Shown one piece after another: positions 10,287 through 20,065 of a stretch of DNA of 64,000 nt. This DNA comes from an uncultured cyanobacterium (GTDB lineage: Bacteria; Cyanobacteriota; Cyanobacteriia; Cyanobacteriales; CAWUOF01), in the NCBI GenBank assembly GCA_963744145.1, contig CAVUSO010000001.1:2528001-2592000 (forward strand). Direction: 5' to 3'. The position numbers and the translations under genes were made by a program. Within the stretch, counting starts at the first letter, position 1. Each line of letters opens with the position of its first letter. The notes under the pieces were generated by a model, which was not told the origin of the DNA, did not search any database, and saw only the letters and a program-made list of their open reading frames with translations.

Positions 10287-10826
10287 ATGGGTAAAACAGT
10301 AGAACAAAAAAATGTGATTATTGCTGACATTAAGCAAACTTTGAGTGAATCTCAGTTAGCAATTGTCATTGATTATCAAGGATTAAGCGTCGCCGAAATT
10401 ACTGATTTGCGTCGTCGTTTACGTCCGAGCGGTGCAAGTTGTCAAGTCGCTAAAAATACCCTGATGCGAATTGCGGTAGAAGGCGATCGCAACTGGCAAC
10501 CAATGCAGGAATTTTTACAAGGTTCCTCAGCATTCATGTTCGTCAAAGACGATCTTGGTTCAGCAATTAAAGCCTATCAAGATTTCCAAAAAGCCACGAA
10601 GAAATCTCAACTTCGCGGTGGTGTGATGGAAGGACGAGTGCTAGGTGAAGCTGATGTCAAAGCCCTAGGAGATTTGCCTTCTAAGGAACAATTGATCTCG
10701 CAAATTGCTGGTGCGATCAATGGTTTGGCTACTAAGTTGGCTGTTGGTATTAATGAAATACCAGCTTCTCTGGCTCGATCGATCCAAGCGATCGCTGACA
10801 AAGAAAATAGCCCTGCTGAAGAATAA
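10287..10826 (+). CDS. rplJ: 50S ribosomal protein L10
   Basis: DYQGLSVAEITDLRRRL, KNTLM, LPSKEQLI. Confidence 0.98.
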   Translation: MGKTVEQKNVIIADIKQTLSESQLAIVIDYQGLSVAEITDLRRRLRPSGASCQVAKNTLMRIAVEGDRNWQPMQEFLQGSSAFMFVKDDLGSAIKAYQDFQKATKKSQLRGGVMEGRVLGEADVKALGDLPSKEQLISQIAGAINGLATKLAVGINEIPASLARSIQAIADKENSPAEE

Positions 10827-10901
10827 TTGTCATTGAGAAAAATTTTTCTTTCACAATGTGCAATTACTAATCACCAATTAACTAATGATAGGAGTTTATT
10901 C

Positions 10902-11288
10902 ATGTCTACAGCTACTGATGAAATTGTTGAAAAACTGAAAACACTAACTTTGCTAGAAGCCGCAGAATTAGTGAAGCAAATTGAAACCACCTTCGGTGTG
11001 AGTGCGGCTGCGGCTGCTGTTGCAGTTGCGGCTGTTCCTGGTGCTGCTGCTCCTGTGGAAGAAGTAGAAGTCCAAACTGAGTTCAGTGTGATTCTTGAAG
11101 AAGTTCCGGCTGATAAGAAGATTGCTATTCTCAAAGTGGTACGTACTATTACCAATTTGGGTCTAAAAGAAGCCAAAGACTTGGTAGAGTCTACACCTAA
11201 GCCAGTTAAAGAAAGTGTGGCAAAAGAAGTCGCTGATGATATTAAGAAACAGTTGGAAGAAGCTGGCGCTAAGGTTTCTATTAAGTAG
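10902..11288 (+). CDS. rplL: 50S ribosomal protein L7/L12
   Basis: [27 protein letters not shown] at 10902 follows a GGAG RBS. Confidence 0.99.
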   Translation: MSTATDEIVEKLKTLTLLEAAELVKQIETTFGVSAAAAAVAVAAVPGAAAPVEEVEVQTEFSVILEEVPADKKIAILKVVRTITNLGLKEAKDLVESTPKPVKESVAKEVADDIKKQLEEAGAKVSIK

Positions 11289-11312
11289 GGTTTTGTGTTT
11301 TTTTAATTAACT

Positions 11313-11341
11313 TAGGGGCGCAAGAGTTCTTGCGCCCCTAC
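11313..11341. terminator. REP-like hairpin/terminator after rplL
   Basis: TAGGGGCGCAAGA-GT-TCTTGCGCCCCTA perfect stem. Confidence 0.6.
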
Positions 11342-11400
11342 TACATATTTGTCAATATTTTTGACAATTAGAAGCGATCGCGCAATACAATTCAGGTAAG

Positions 11401-11495
11401 ATTTTTTGGATATCTCGGCAAAGAAGGGCGAAGCATTCGGATATAAGATTAATGGGTTTAAGTAATAAATTATCGCCCGAATGCTTCGCCCCTAC
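11401..11495. repeat. REP doublet (GGGCGAAGCATTCGG...CCGAATGCTTCGCCCCTAC)
   Basis: Inverted arms at 11425-11440 and 11477-11493; the flank resembles that at 12121-12163. Confidence 0.75.
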
Positions 11496-11652
11496 TGGCA
11501 CTTGTGGGCGATCGCGGGTTGGCATCTTTAAAAATTATTCGGTTAACACCAGGATGATCTCCCATATAGCGCTGAAAAATTGGCGCAATTTTCAGTCAGT
11601 AAATGTTGATTTCCGCGATCGCACCTCAGCTATCCCACAAAATGCGATAATC

Positions 11653-11770
11653 AAGTCAATTGTGAGTGATCTGTGTTGGCTGGGCAGGTTTATGATCGTG
11701 ATCTGTTTGGAGCAGAATTGATTGGTGAACCTGCCCCTACAAATCCTGGTTGATTTGGTGCATCAATTCA
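11653..11770. repeat. Dispersed REPIN-like element, left half
   Basis: Close match to 3604-3745 and 50722-50840. Confidence 0.8.
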
Positions 11771-11840
11771 TCGAATATACATTTTAATGAGCTAATTTAA
11801 TCTTGATTTTCTGGCACTTATCCCATTAGTCCCAATCTGG

Positions 11841-12060
11841 TTCAGTTAACTGTAGGGGCAAAGCATTTCGGCGAAGAAATGATTGATTAAACGTTTACCC
11901 TGAGTTTACCCTGAGCTTACCCTGAGCGTAGTCGAAGGGCGTAGTCGAAGCTTGCCCTGAGCGTAGTCGAAGCTTGCCCTGAGCGTAGTCGAAGCTTGCC
12001 CTGAGCGTAGTCGAAGGGGGCGTAGTCGAAGGGAAGAATAATATTACCGAAATGTGAGAG
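11841..12060. repeat. REP doublet host containing a tandem array of 11-nt modules (YTTRCCCTGAG / CGTAGTCGAAG)
   Basis: Array at 11894-12033; host flanks match the reverse complement of 18567-18648. Confidence 0.85.
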
Positions 12061-12120
12061 TCCTCACCATCTATGAAGCCAACAGATCAACTATATATTA
12101 AAATACATTCAGTTACCATC

Positions 12121-12265
12121 ATTTTTTGGGAGATATCGGCAGAAGAAGGGTGAAGCATTCGGATCTAATATTACTGCCCTTCGACTACGCTCAGGGTAAA
12201 CTCAGGGTAAAGTTTGATTGCTCAATTGTCGCTAAACATGCTTCACCCCTACACTTAACTGAACC
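12121..12265. repeat. GGGTGAAGCAT REP doublet with inner CCCTTCGACTACGCTCAGGG module
   Basis: Reverse complement of 45670-45798; related to 50321-50418. Confidence 0.85.
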
Positions 12266-12324
12266 TTATTGCCATTAGTATTACAGAACCACCTGAAACC
12301 GAGCGGATTTGATGAATCCGACGG

Positions 12325-12472
12325 GCATAAAATCTGTTTAAACATCGGAAATTCGATCACCTATAGGGACGGGTTCACCGATGAACTTGTCACACACAAA
12401 TAAACTTAATGAACCCGTCCAACCCTACAGATCACCGGACTGAACTCACTATATCTCACATCCCAGACAACA
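12325..12472. repeat. Dispersed REPIN-like element, right half
   Basis: Aligns with 50842-50988 (tgtttaaacatcgg..gggttcaccgat..cagatcacc..cagacaac). Confidence 0.8.
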
Positions 12473-12651
12473 ATGTCTTTAACTAGCCATTCAAACCGAC
12501 ACACGGAACGGACGAACGAACGGAACAGCGCAGTGCCAGGTATTGAGTTAGGGAAAAGCCAATGTTTTCGCAGAAATTATACCATTTTTCTGTAACGCTG
12601 CACTTATAGCCAATCCCCTATAATAGTTTAACAATTTTTTAGGAAATTACA

Positions 12652-13932
12652 ATGACAGAAGAAACAGTAAAAAAACGTCATCCTGGACTTTGGGTTTCAA
12701 TTTTATATTTTGCTGAAGGTTTACCTTATACAGTGGTAAATTTAATGTCGGCAATTTTCTTAAAAGATATGGGTGCTAGTAATGAATTAATTGGATTGAC
12801 GAGTTTTCTGTCTGTTCCTTGGACACTCAAAGGTTTATGGGGTCCGTTAGTCGATGTATTTTTAACTAAAAGACGTTGGATTTTACTGACAGAAGTTTTT
12901 TGTATCTTCCTGTTGGTGATGTTAGCTTTCGGGACATTAAATCCCCAGGTGATCGTGATATCTTTGATCATTTTCACCGCGATCGCCTTTGTTTCCGCTA
13001 CTCACGATATCGCGATCGATGGTTTTTATTTAGATGCTCTGAATAATGAACAACAAGCTTTTTATGTAGGTTGGAGAACTACTGCTTATAAAATTGCTTG
13101 GTTGACGGGTAGTGGAGGATTAGTTTATCTTGCTGGTACAATTAAACCGCTTGATTTGGGATGGGCGATCGCTTTTGGTCTAGCTGGGATTATATTTGTC
13201 TTCCTTTATTTTTTTCATTTATGGTATCTTCCTTATCCTGATCCAACTCCAATTTTAAAAGATCCCGATCTGGAAACTGAATCAACTCCAAATGATAATT
13301 CTCTCGACAGAGCCAATAGTTATTTTGATTCTTTCTGGACTTATTTTAATCAAACCAAAATTGGCTGGATTATCGCTTATGTCCTGATTTTTCGCTTAGG
13401 TGATGCTTTCCTTTTAAAAATGGCACCTCTATTTTTGAAAGATCCCATAGCTCAAGGTGGATTAAATATTTCTACTCAGGAAATGGGCATATTGTATGGT
13501 ACAGTTGGCGTAATTTTTCTGCTCAGTGGTGGCATATTTGGAGGTTATTTAATTGCTAAAGAAGGCTTAAAAAAATGGATGTGGCCAACTTCGATTTTAC
13601 AAAATGCTGCTCTTCCCTTATATTGGTTATTAGCTCTCTATCAGCCTAGCTTAGAATGGGCATATATTGTTAATTCCTTTGAGCAATTTAGCTACGGATT
13701 AGGAGTAGCTGCTTATACAGTATTTTTAATGCAAACCATTCGACCAGAATACAAAGCCTCTCATTATGCAATTACAACGGGATTTATGGCATTAGGAGTT
13801 CTAATTCCTGGTGTAATTAGCGGTTATTTGCAAACATCAATGGGTTATGCTAATTACTTTTTAATGAGCAGTTTTGCTTCCTTACCAGGGTTAGTAACCA
13901 TATTTTTCTTACCCCTGGATGATAAAAAATAA
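12652..13932 (+). CDS. AmpG-like MFS transporter
   Basis: YFAEGLPY, PWTLKGLWGPLVD, SATHDIAIDGFY; about 12 hydrophobic segments. Confidence 0.85.
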   Translation: MTEETVKKRHPGLWVSILYFAEGLPYTVVNLMSAIFLKDMGASNELIGLTSFLSVPWTLKGLWGPLVDVFLTKRRWILLTEVFCIFLLVMLAFGTLNPQVIVISLIIFTAIAFVSATHDIAIDGFYLDALNNEQQAFYVGWRTTAYKIAWLTGSGGLVYLAGTIKPLDLGWAIAFGLAGIIFVFLYFFHLWYLPYPDPTPILKDPDLETESTPNDNSLDRANSYFDSFWTYFNQTKIGWIIAYVLIFRLGDAFLLKMAPLFLKDPIAQGGLNISTQEMGILYGTVGVIFLLSGGIFGGYLIAKEGLKKWMWPTSILQNAALPLYWLLALYQPSLEWAYIVNSFEQFSYGLGVAAYTVFLMQTIRPEYKASHYAITTGFMALGVLIPGVISGYLQTSMGYANYFLMSSFASLPGLVTIFFLPLDDKK

Positions 13933-13943
13933 CTGCAACTGGA

Positions 13944-14837
13944 TTAATTACCAGAAAGCGTCAGATCTGGTAAATAAGATTCTGGATCTTCAGCTACCCA
14001 ACCTTGGGAAGAATTAGAGCGAACTTCAAAATGTAGATGAGGCTCTTTACTATCGGGAATGCCACTAGTACCAACTGTACCGATTTGGGTGCCTGCGCTA
14101 ATTTTATCACCTACTTTGACAGTAATTGTCGCTAAATGAGCATAACGAGTTTGTTTACCACCATCATGATTAATCACGACTAAATTACCGTAATTATTGC
14201 CGCGATCGCTAGCATAAGCAACCGTTCCATCCCCAACTGCAAAAACTTTTGTTCCTACTAGTGCTTGTAAATCTAAACCACTATGAAAAAAAAACTTACC
14301 AGTTTGTGGTTGGGTTTGCCAACCATAAGCGAGGATAATTGTTGGTTTACCAGGTAAGGGATAACGACTGAATTCTTGATTAACTAAAGATGGATCAGTA
14401 TTTTGGGTAACACTACTAGGAGAAGGACCATTGATCCCAGGTACAAAGACTGTTGTTGGTACTGGTTGACATCCATTTGCTTCAAATAATACATCTGCTC
14501 GAACTTTATAATTAGCAGCTATTTCCTTCCAGGTCTGACCCTGTGGTACTTCTACTCGAATCCCATTCACAGGAGGAATCAAAATTTCTGTTCCGATTGG
14601 TGCATCACCCTCCTGTAAGATGGGATTCAATCCTAACAGAGTAGCGGGGTTAAGATGATATTTACGAGCAATGCTTTCTGTAGTTTCTCCGACAGCAATT
14701 TTGTGACTAATTAAACGGGATAAGATGGGTTTAGGACAAGCTGAATCCACCTCTTCTGGTTGTTGAGCAATGGTTCGCGCTCCAGAAAGTGTCAGCCATA
14801 ATAGGGTTGAGATGCAAATTAGCCAATATCTTGCCAT
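13944..14837 (-). CDS. LysM-containing M23 family metallopeptidase
   Basis: Two LysM-like segments; HSGLDL, YAHL, PHLHFEVR. Confidence 0.92.
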   Translation of the reverse strand: MARYWLICISTLLWLTLSGARTIAQQPEEVDSACPKPILSRLISHKIAVGETTESIARKYHLNPATLLGLNPILQEGDAPIGTEILIPPVNGIRVEVPQGQTWKEIAANYKVRADVLFEANGCQPVPTTVFVPGINGPSPSSVTQNTDPSLVNQEFSRYPLPGKPTIILAYGWQTQPQTGKFFFHSGLDLQALVGTKVFAVGDGTVAYASDRGNNYGNLVVINHDGGKQTRYAHLATITVKVGDKISAGTQIGTVGTSGIPDSKEPHLHFEVRSNSSQGWVAEDPESYLPDLTLSGN

Positions 14838-14867
14838 AAGGTTTAACTTAAATTAGATCGTTAAATT

Positions 14868-17465
14868 TTAATCCGGTTCACCGATCAGAGTAAAAGCTGC
14901 CCAATCGGTAGGAAATGGATGTTTTTGCATTGTACTCAGCATTGCATTTCTTAGAGCGCGAGCTTTATCAGGATTTTGCCGAAGATTTTGATAAAATTCA
15001 TTCATCAAGTCAGCTGTAGGAGCATCAGGAATTGACCAAAGGGTAACAATCGCACTGGGAACACCAGCAGTAATTAAGGAACGACTTAGACCAATCACAC
15101 CATCCCCAGTAATTCTCCCTTTACCAGTATTACAAGCACTTAACACTACTAAATCAGCGTTTAGTTTTAATTTCAGAATTTCATTAGCAGTGAGTAGTCC
15201 ATTATCTTGACCACTTGGGGCTAAAGCGATCGCACCTGGAACTCCTAATCCTTCAATATCATCTAGTAATCCATGGGTGGCTAAATGAATTATTCGCGCT
15301 TTGGTCATTGCTGCTAAAATTTTGGCTTTGGTAGCATCTGAGCCAATAATTGCTTCAGTATTGAGTAATTTGGCAATTGTTTTTGCTTCTATTTCTGCTC
15401 CAATCAGTTGGGGAAGGGGTTGTGGGGGGTCTCCCACACTAGGCATTTTCGGGTTTCCCACTACTACTATATCTCTTGGTAGTCCGACGATCAAGGCACT
15501 TTGGGCACCAGATTGTTGATTTTTTTGTTTTTGTTGCCAGGTTAAATCTAATACTTGAATTGCTGGTGCAGTCAAAATGGTATGCTGTTCAATTAAGTAT
15601 TTATCTTGTTGATCTTTTAACGCGGGAAATGGGATCAAAAATAACTCTTTTTGCGGAATAAAAATAACTCTTTCCGTTGGGTCTGTAGGTAATAAATCAG
15701 CGATCGGAGCAATTAATATTTGATGAAGAAGCTTTAATTTAGAACTAGCTAAAGATCCTTGATATTGAAATAAAGCATTTCGACTTTTCAGAAAAATATC
15801 TCGGATATCCAGGATTTTTTTGGGATTTAGATTCGAGCTAGTTCTGGTAAATTCAGTTAGTTTCTGCTCTGTACCTGTTTGCTGATTGAGCGATTGTAAA
15901 TTAACTTCACGAAATCCAATTTCACCAGTAGGTTTAACTACCCAGATGTACAGATATTCATTTAAAATAATTGAATATTCAACTAGGGTAGCATGATGTT
16001 GTTTAGCAATTTGTTTGATTTGGTTAATATTAGGTGGAGTTATTTCCATTGATGTCGATGAATCTGTAGCTAACCGTTTTGCTAATAATTCTACAAATGC
16101 TCTGGCTCTTCCACGCTCTGCTATTTCTAAACTTTCATTAATTTTTTTTTCTTGAATCAATACTTGTTGTAAGTTATCGTAAGCACTAGCTTGGGTATCA
16201 AATAAGGAAATTTTATTAGTATCTTGAACTAATTCAGAGCGAATCGATTCTTGAATGGCGATCGCTGTTCTTAATTTTGCTTCTGCTTCTGGTAATTTTC
16301 CTAAATCTAATAAAATTGTTGCAATATTATTTAAGGAAGTGATTTCCCCTAACCGATCGCCAATTTGTTGTCTAATTGCTAAGGATTTTTCCTGGTAATC
16401 AAGTGCTGATTGATTTTGCTTTAAAGCTAATTCTAAATTTCCCAAATTATTCAGAGTATTAGCTTCTCCCACGCGATCGCCAAGTTGTTGATTTGCAACT
16501 AAAGATTTTGCCAAAAAATCCCTAGCTTGCTGATAATCATTCAGATACAAATAGGTCAATCCAATATTTCCTAAACAACTAGAGATCCCAATTTGATTAC
16601 CAATTTTTTGATCAATTTCTAAAGATTGTTGATAATATTTAACTGCTTCATGATAGTTTTTAGTATCGCTGTAAACATTACCTAGATTACCGAGAGCATT
16701 AGCTTCATAGAGAAGAGCGCCAATTTTTTGAGCGAGAGCTTGTTGTTGTTTATAAAAATCAATGGCTTTTTCATATTGACCGATATAATAGTAAGCATTA
16801 CCAACATTACCAAGAGATTCAACTATACTTGGTTGATCCTGAAGTTGTTGGGAAATAGCTAAAGATTGTTGATGGTAATCTAATGCTTTTTGATATTGTG
16901 CCATGGAATAATAAACATTACCTAAATTTCCTAAAGCTCTACTAATAGCTGCTTGATCTCCCAACTCTTTCGCTAAATCTAAAGAGGGAAGGAGAAAATT
17001 AAGTGCTTGTTGATATTGTCCGAGACTTCGAGAAGACATCCCCAGATTATTGAGAGCATCTGCTTCCCCAGAGCGATTACCAAGCTCACGAAAAATTGTT
17101 AAAGATTGTTGATAATATTGGATTGCTTCGGGAACTTTTCCTATAGTATCATAGACAATTCCCAGATCAAGTAAAGAATCTGCAATTCCAGAGCGATCGC
17201 CAATTTGCTGATAAATTTTTAGTGCTGCTTGAAAAGATGTGATCGCTGCTGGATATTGACTGGTCTGTAATTGAGAAACTCCTTGTTTTTGTAGTTCAAT
17301 AGCTGTAGTTTTAGGATCAATTGAGGTTTGTGCCCATCCAGATTCAGAATGTAATAGCTGCACCGGAATACCAATAGTCAGAGTAGTTAAAAACAAATAT
17401 ACTATTGGTATTTTTAGAAACTGGAGAAATAGTTGGTTAATTTCTGTAAATTTTTGACAAGACAT
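14868..17465 (-). CDS. TPR-repeat protein with C-terminal CHAT (caspase-HetF) domain
   Basis: Multiple 40-aa TPRs (ALGNLGNVY); HLATHG and LSACNTG dyad; WAAFTLIG. Confidence 0.93.
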   Translation of the reverse strand: MSCQKFTEINQLFLQFLKIPIVYLFLTTLTIGIPVQLLHSESGWAQTSIDPKTTAIELQKQGVSQLQTSQYPAAITSFQAALKIYQQIGDRSGIADSLLDLGIVYDTIGKVPEAIQYYQQSLTIFRELGNRSGEADALNNLGMSSRSLGQYQQALNFLLPSLDLAKELGDQAAISRALGNLGNVYYSMAQYQKALDYHQQSLAISQQLQDQPSIVESLGNVGNAYYYIGQYEKAIDFYKQQQALAQKIGALLYEANALGNLGNVYSDTKNYHEAVKYYQQSLEIDQKIGNQIGISSCLGNIGLTYLYLNDYQQARDFLAKSLVANQQLGDRVGEANTLNNLGNLELALKQNQSALDYQEKSLAIRQQIGDRLGEITSLNNIATILLDLGKLPEAEAKLRTAIAIQESIRSELVQDTNKISLFDTQASAYDNLQQVLIQEKKINESLEIAERGRARAFVELLAKRLATDSSTSMEITPPNINQIKQIAKQHHATLVEYSIILNEYLYIWVVKPTGEIGFREVNLQSLNQQTGTEQKLTEFTRTSSNLNPKKILDIRDIFLKSRNALFQYQGSLASSKLKLLHQILIAPIADLLPTDPTERVIFIPQKELFLIPFPALKDQQDKYLIEQHTILTAPAIQVLDLTWQQKQKNQQSGAQSALIVGLPRDIVVVGNPKMPSVGDPPQPLPQLIGAEIEAKTIAKLLNTEAIIGSDATKAKILAAMTKARIIHLATHGLLDDIEGLGVPGAIALAPSGQDNGLLTANEILKLKLNADLVVLSACNTGKGRITGDGVIGLSRSLITAGVPSAIVTLWSIPDAPTADLMNEFYQNLRQNPDKARALRNAMLSTMQKHPFPTDWAAFTLIGEPD

Positions 17466-17743
17466 TTTTCATTCTCCATCTAAAATTGAGTCCCAGCTAA
17501 AATCACACTTAAACTATTTTCACTCATGAAGGCTAATTGAGTTTAGGATCAGTAAAGCGATCGCGAGTGAAATGGGACGATTTTCATGATTTTTGGTCTT
17601 TTTTTCCAACTCAGCCCCATGATTAGGATCATAACGTAACATGACGGTAAAGACCGTCAGAAATTTTACTTAATGATTAACTTTTTTTGGTTTTCTGGAG
17701 GTAAAATAATAATATCTTTCTACTCAGGTAAGAATGTAACTCA

Positions 17744-18433
17744 ATGAAAAAGATTTCGCTGATTGCCTTGGGTTTAATCGCAAGCATTTCTATAGTTGCT
17801 TGTTCTAACAACGAGACTAAACCTAGCACCCAACCTCAACCTAATACCCAACCTCAACCTAATACCCAACCTCAACCTAATACCCAACCTCAACCTAATA
17901 CCCAACCTCAACCTAATACCCAACCTCAACCTAATACCCAACCTCAACCTAATACCCAACCTCAACCTAATACCCAACCTCAACCTAATACCCAACCTCA
18001 ACCTAGTACCGAGACTCAATCTAGTACCGAGACTAAAAATAATAGCATACCTAAAGCTATTACCGAAAGTAACCTTAGTAACACGAATAAACCTATTACC
18101 CAGAGTAAAGCTATCAACGAAAATCCATCTAGTAGTACCACAGAAAAACGTTGTGGATGGTTAGAAAATCCGACCCCACAAAATTGGTGGTTAAAAGATA
18201 AAGATGGTAGATGGATTATCTCAGCCCAAGGAGGATATAAAGCTAAAGGAATCGAAAATATGCCCGCGATTAATGAAAAGGAATTTATCAAAACCAATGG
18301 TTCTCATGGTAATGCTTGTGCTTGTCTAGATGTGGTAACAGATAGTAGTAAGAAGCAAGTTACCATGATTCAAAGTGCTACACAATTACCCCTGAAAACT
18401 TGTCAGGAAGATGCAGGATTGCCAAAAATGTAG
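17744..18433 (+). CDS. Lipoprotein with PNTQPQ repeats and DUF4087-like C-terminal domain
   Basis: Lipobox IVAC; EKRCGWLENPTPQNWWLKDKDG..CAC. Confidence 0.75.
   Translation: MKKISLIALGLIASISIVACSNNETKPSTQPQPNTQPQPNTQPQPNTQPQPNTQPQPNTQPQPNTQPQPNTQPQPNTQPQPNTQPQPSTETQSSTETKNNSIPKAITESNLSNTNKPITQSKAINENPSSSTTEKRCGWLENPTPQNWWLKDKDGRWIISAQGGYKAKGIENMPAINEKEFIKTNGSHGNACACLDVVTDSSKKQVTMIQSATQLPLKTCQEDAGLPKM
17822..18001 (+). repeat. 18-bp coding tandem repeat x10
   Basis: CCTAATACCCAACCTCAA: nine identical copies plus one variant. Confidence 0.97.
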
Positions 18434-18455
18434 CTGCATCAATGGTAAGATGGGA

Positions 18456-18648
18456 GCATTTCGGTGATATTATTCTTTCTTTCGACTTCGCCCTTCGACT
18501 ACTCGAGCGAATAAATGAGCGGACAAGCGTTGAAGCCATTATTTATGCGCCGAAATGTGAGAGTGAGGGCAAAGCATTTCGGTAATATTATTCTTCGTTG
18601 AAGCCATTATTTATGCGCCGAAATGCTTTGCCCCTACAGTTAACTGAA
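18456..18648. repeat. Two tandem copies of the GGGCAAAGCATTTCGG REP doublet (one filled, one empty)
   Basis: cgttgaagccattatttatgcgccgaaatg occurs twice; the first copy has a TTCGACT-rich insert. Confidence 0.85.
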
Positions 18649-18781
18649 AATTGTTATATTTAATAAAATTATCGGAGTTGGCAATGGAGATGATATAGTA
18701 ATTAAATATTAGTTCTAGCCACAATAAATAAATTTGCTATAGCTTCATCTTTGCTGTTTCTAGCTGTGAGTGGGTAAAAAA

Positions 18782-19960
18782 ATGAGTTTATCATTTAAAC
18801 ATCTGACCATCTATCTCGCTTTGCTATCGATTGGGACTGGTACAGTTTGGTTAAATAGTCGCGATCGAGAATTAAATTTTCGTCGTAGTGATTTTGCTGG
18901 ATTGAGAGCAATCTCACGCAGATCATGTCCTTTCCATCATGCTCAACTACCAGAAAACTATTCCAACGGGATTAATTATCCCAATTTTGCTGCTATGGTC
19001 ACAGCAAAAGTTGGACCTGCGGTCGTCAGAATTGATTCAGCTCGTTCAGTCGTTAATCCCACTCCCACATCTGTAACCGATCGGTTAGGTCAATTTTTTG
19101 GTCAGACTCCTCTACCTGTTCCCCCAGAATCAGCCGCAACCGGAACCGGATCAGGTTTTATTCTCAGTGAGGATGGCAAAATCCTCACTAATGCTCATAT
19201 TGTTGATGGTGTAGATCCAGTCAAAGTGACTCTGAAAGATGGACGTAGTTTTGTTGGTCAAGTTGTCGGGGTTGATCCACTCACGGATGTAGCTGTAGTG
19301 AAAATTGATGCAACTGGATTACCCTCAGTTCAATTAGGAGATTCACAAAATTTAATCCCAGGACAATGGGCGATCGCGATTGGTAATCCCCTTGGTTTAG
19401 ATAATACAGTAACTGCTGGTATTATTAGTGCCACCGATCGCGCTAGTTTCCAAGTAGGTGTCCCCGCACCAAGAGTCCATTTGATTCAAACTGATGCAGC
19501 GATTAACCCGGGTAATTCTGGTGGACCATTAGTAAATGAACGGGGAGAAGTAATTGGAATTAATACAACGATCCGGAATAATCCTCAAGGTTTAGGTTTT
19601 GCGATTCCGATCGCAACTGCTCAAAAAATTGCCGATCAGTTATTTAATCATGGTAAAGTTGGGCATTCCTTTTTGGGAATTAAAATGGTAGAAATTACGC
19701 CGGATCTAAGGCAAAAAATTAATCAAGAAACAGGAGTTTTAATTGTCCAGGTCTTGAATAACTCCCCAGCTGCTAAAGCGGGATTACGTCAAGGAGATAC
19801 TATTCAAAAAATTGATCGTATTCCAATTACCACATCCATCCAGGTAAAGGAAATGGTCGAATCTAGTCCAGTCGGTACTTGGCTCAATCTCGAAATTAAT
19901 CGTCAGGGTCAACCCCAGCAAATTCAAGTCCAAACTGGTGTACTCAACCTGAAGGAATAA
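18782..19960 (+). CDS. HtrA/HhoA/HhoB family serine protease with PDZ domain
   Basis: GSGFI, TNAH, DVAVVK, IQTDAAINPGNSGGPL; alternative GTG start at 18770. Confidence 0.93.
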   Translation: MSLSFKHLTIYLALLSIGTGTVWLNSRDRELNFRRSDFAGLRAISRRSCPFHHAQLPENYSNGINYPNFAAMVTAKVGPAVVRIDSARSVVNPTPTSVTDRLGQFFGQTPLPVPPESAATGTGSGFILSEDGKILTNAHIVDGVDPVKVTLKDGRSFVGQVVGVDPLTDVAVVKIDATGLPSVQLGDSQNLIPGQWAIAIGNPLGLDNTVTAGIISATDRASFQVGVPAPRVHLIQTDAAINPGNSGGPLVNERGEVIGINTTIRNNPQGLGFAIPIATAQKIADQLFNHGKVGHSFLGIKMVEITPDLRQKINQETGVLIVQVLNNSPAAKAGLRQGDTIQKIDRIPITTSIQVKEMVESSPVGTWLNLEINRQGQPQQIQVQTGVLNLKE

Positions 19961-20065
19961 ATTAAAAACAAGTTCATTCCCAATTCACAAAAAAAAACAG
20001 CCTAGGGTGGGAGGATAAAATCTTGCCCCCTCCCAACTTGGACTTTTTTCTTGTTCCAGGAAGAA

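Noticed and set aside
11452..11721. 89-aa ORF
   Set aside because: Made of REP/REPIN repeat sequence found non-coding elsewhere in the window
11894..12033. Possible CRISPR array
   Set aside because: Repeats abut with no unique spacers, the units are 11/22 nt, and no cas genes are present
17774..18164. Alternate-frame ORFs (LRLGIR and LNLIPN repeats)
   Set aside because: By-products of the stop-free 18-bp tandem repeat in the lipoprotein gene
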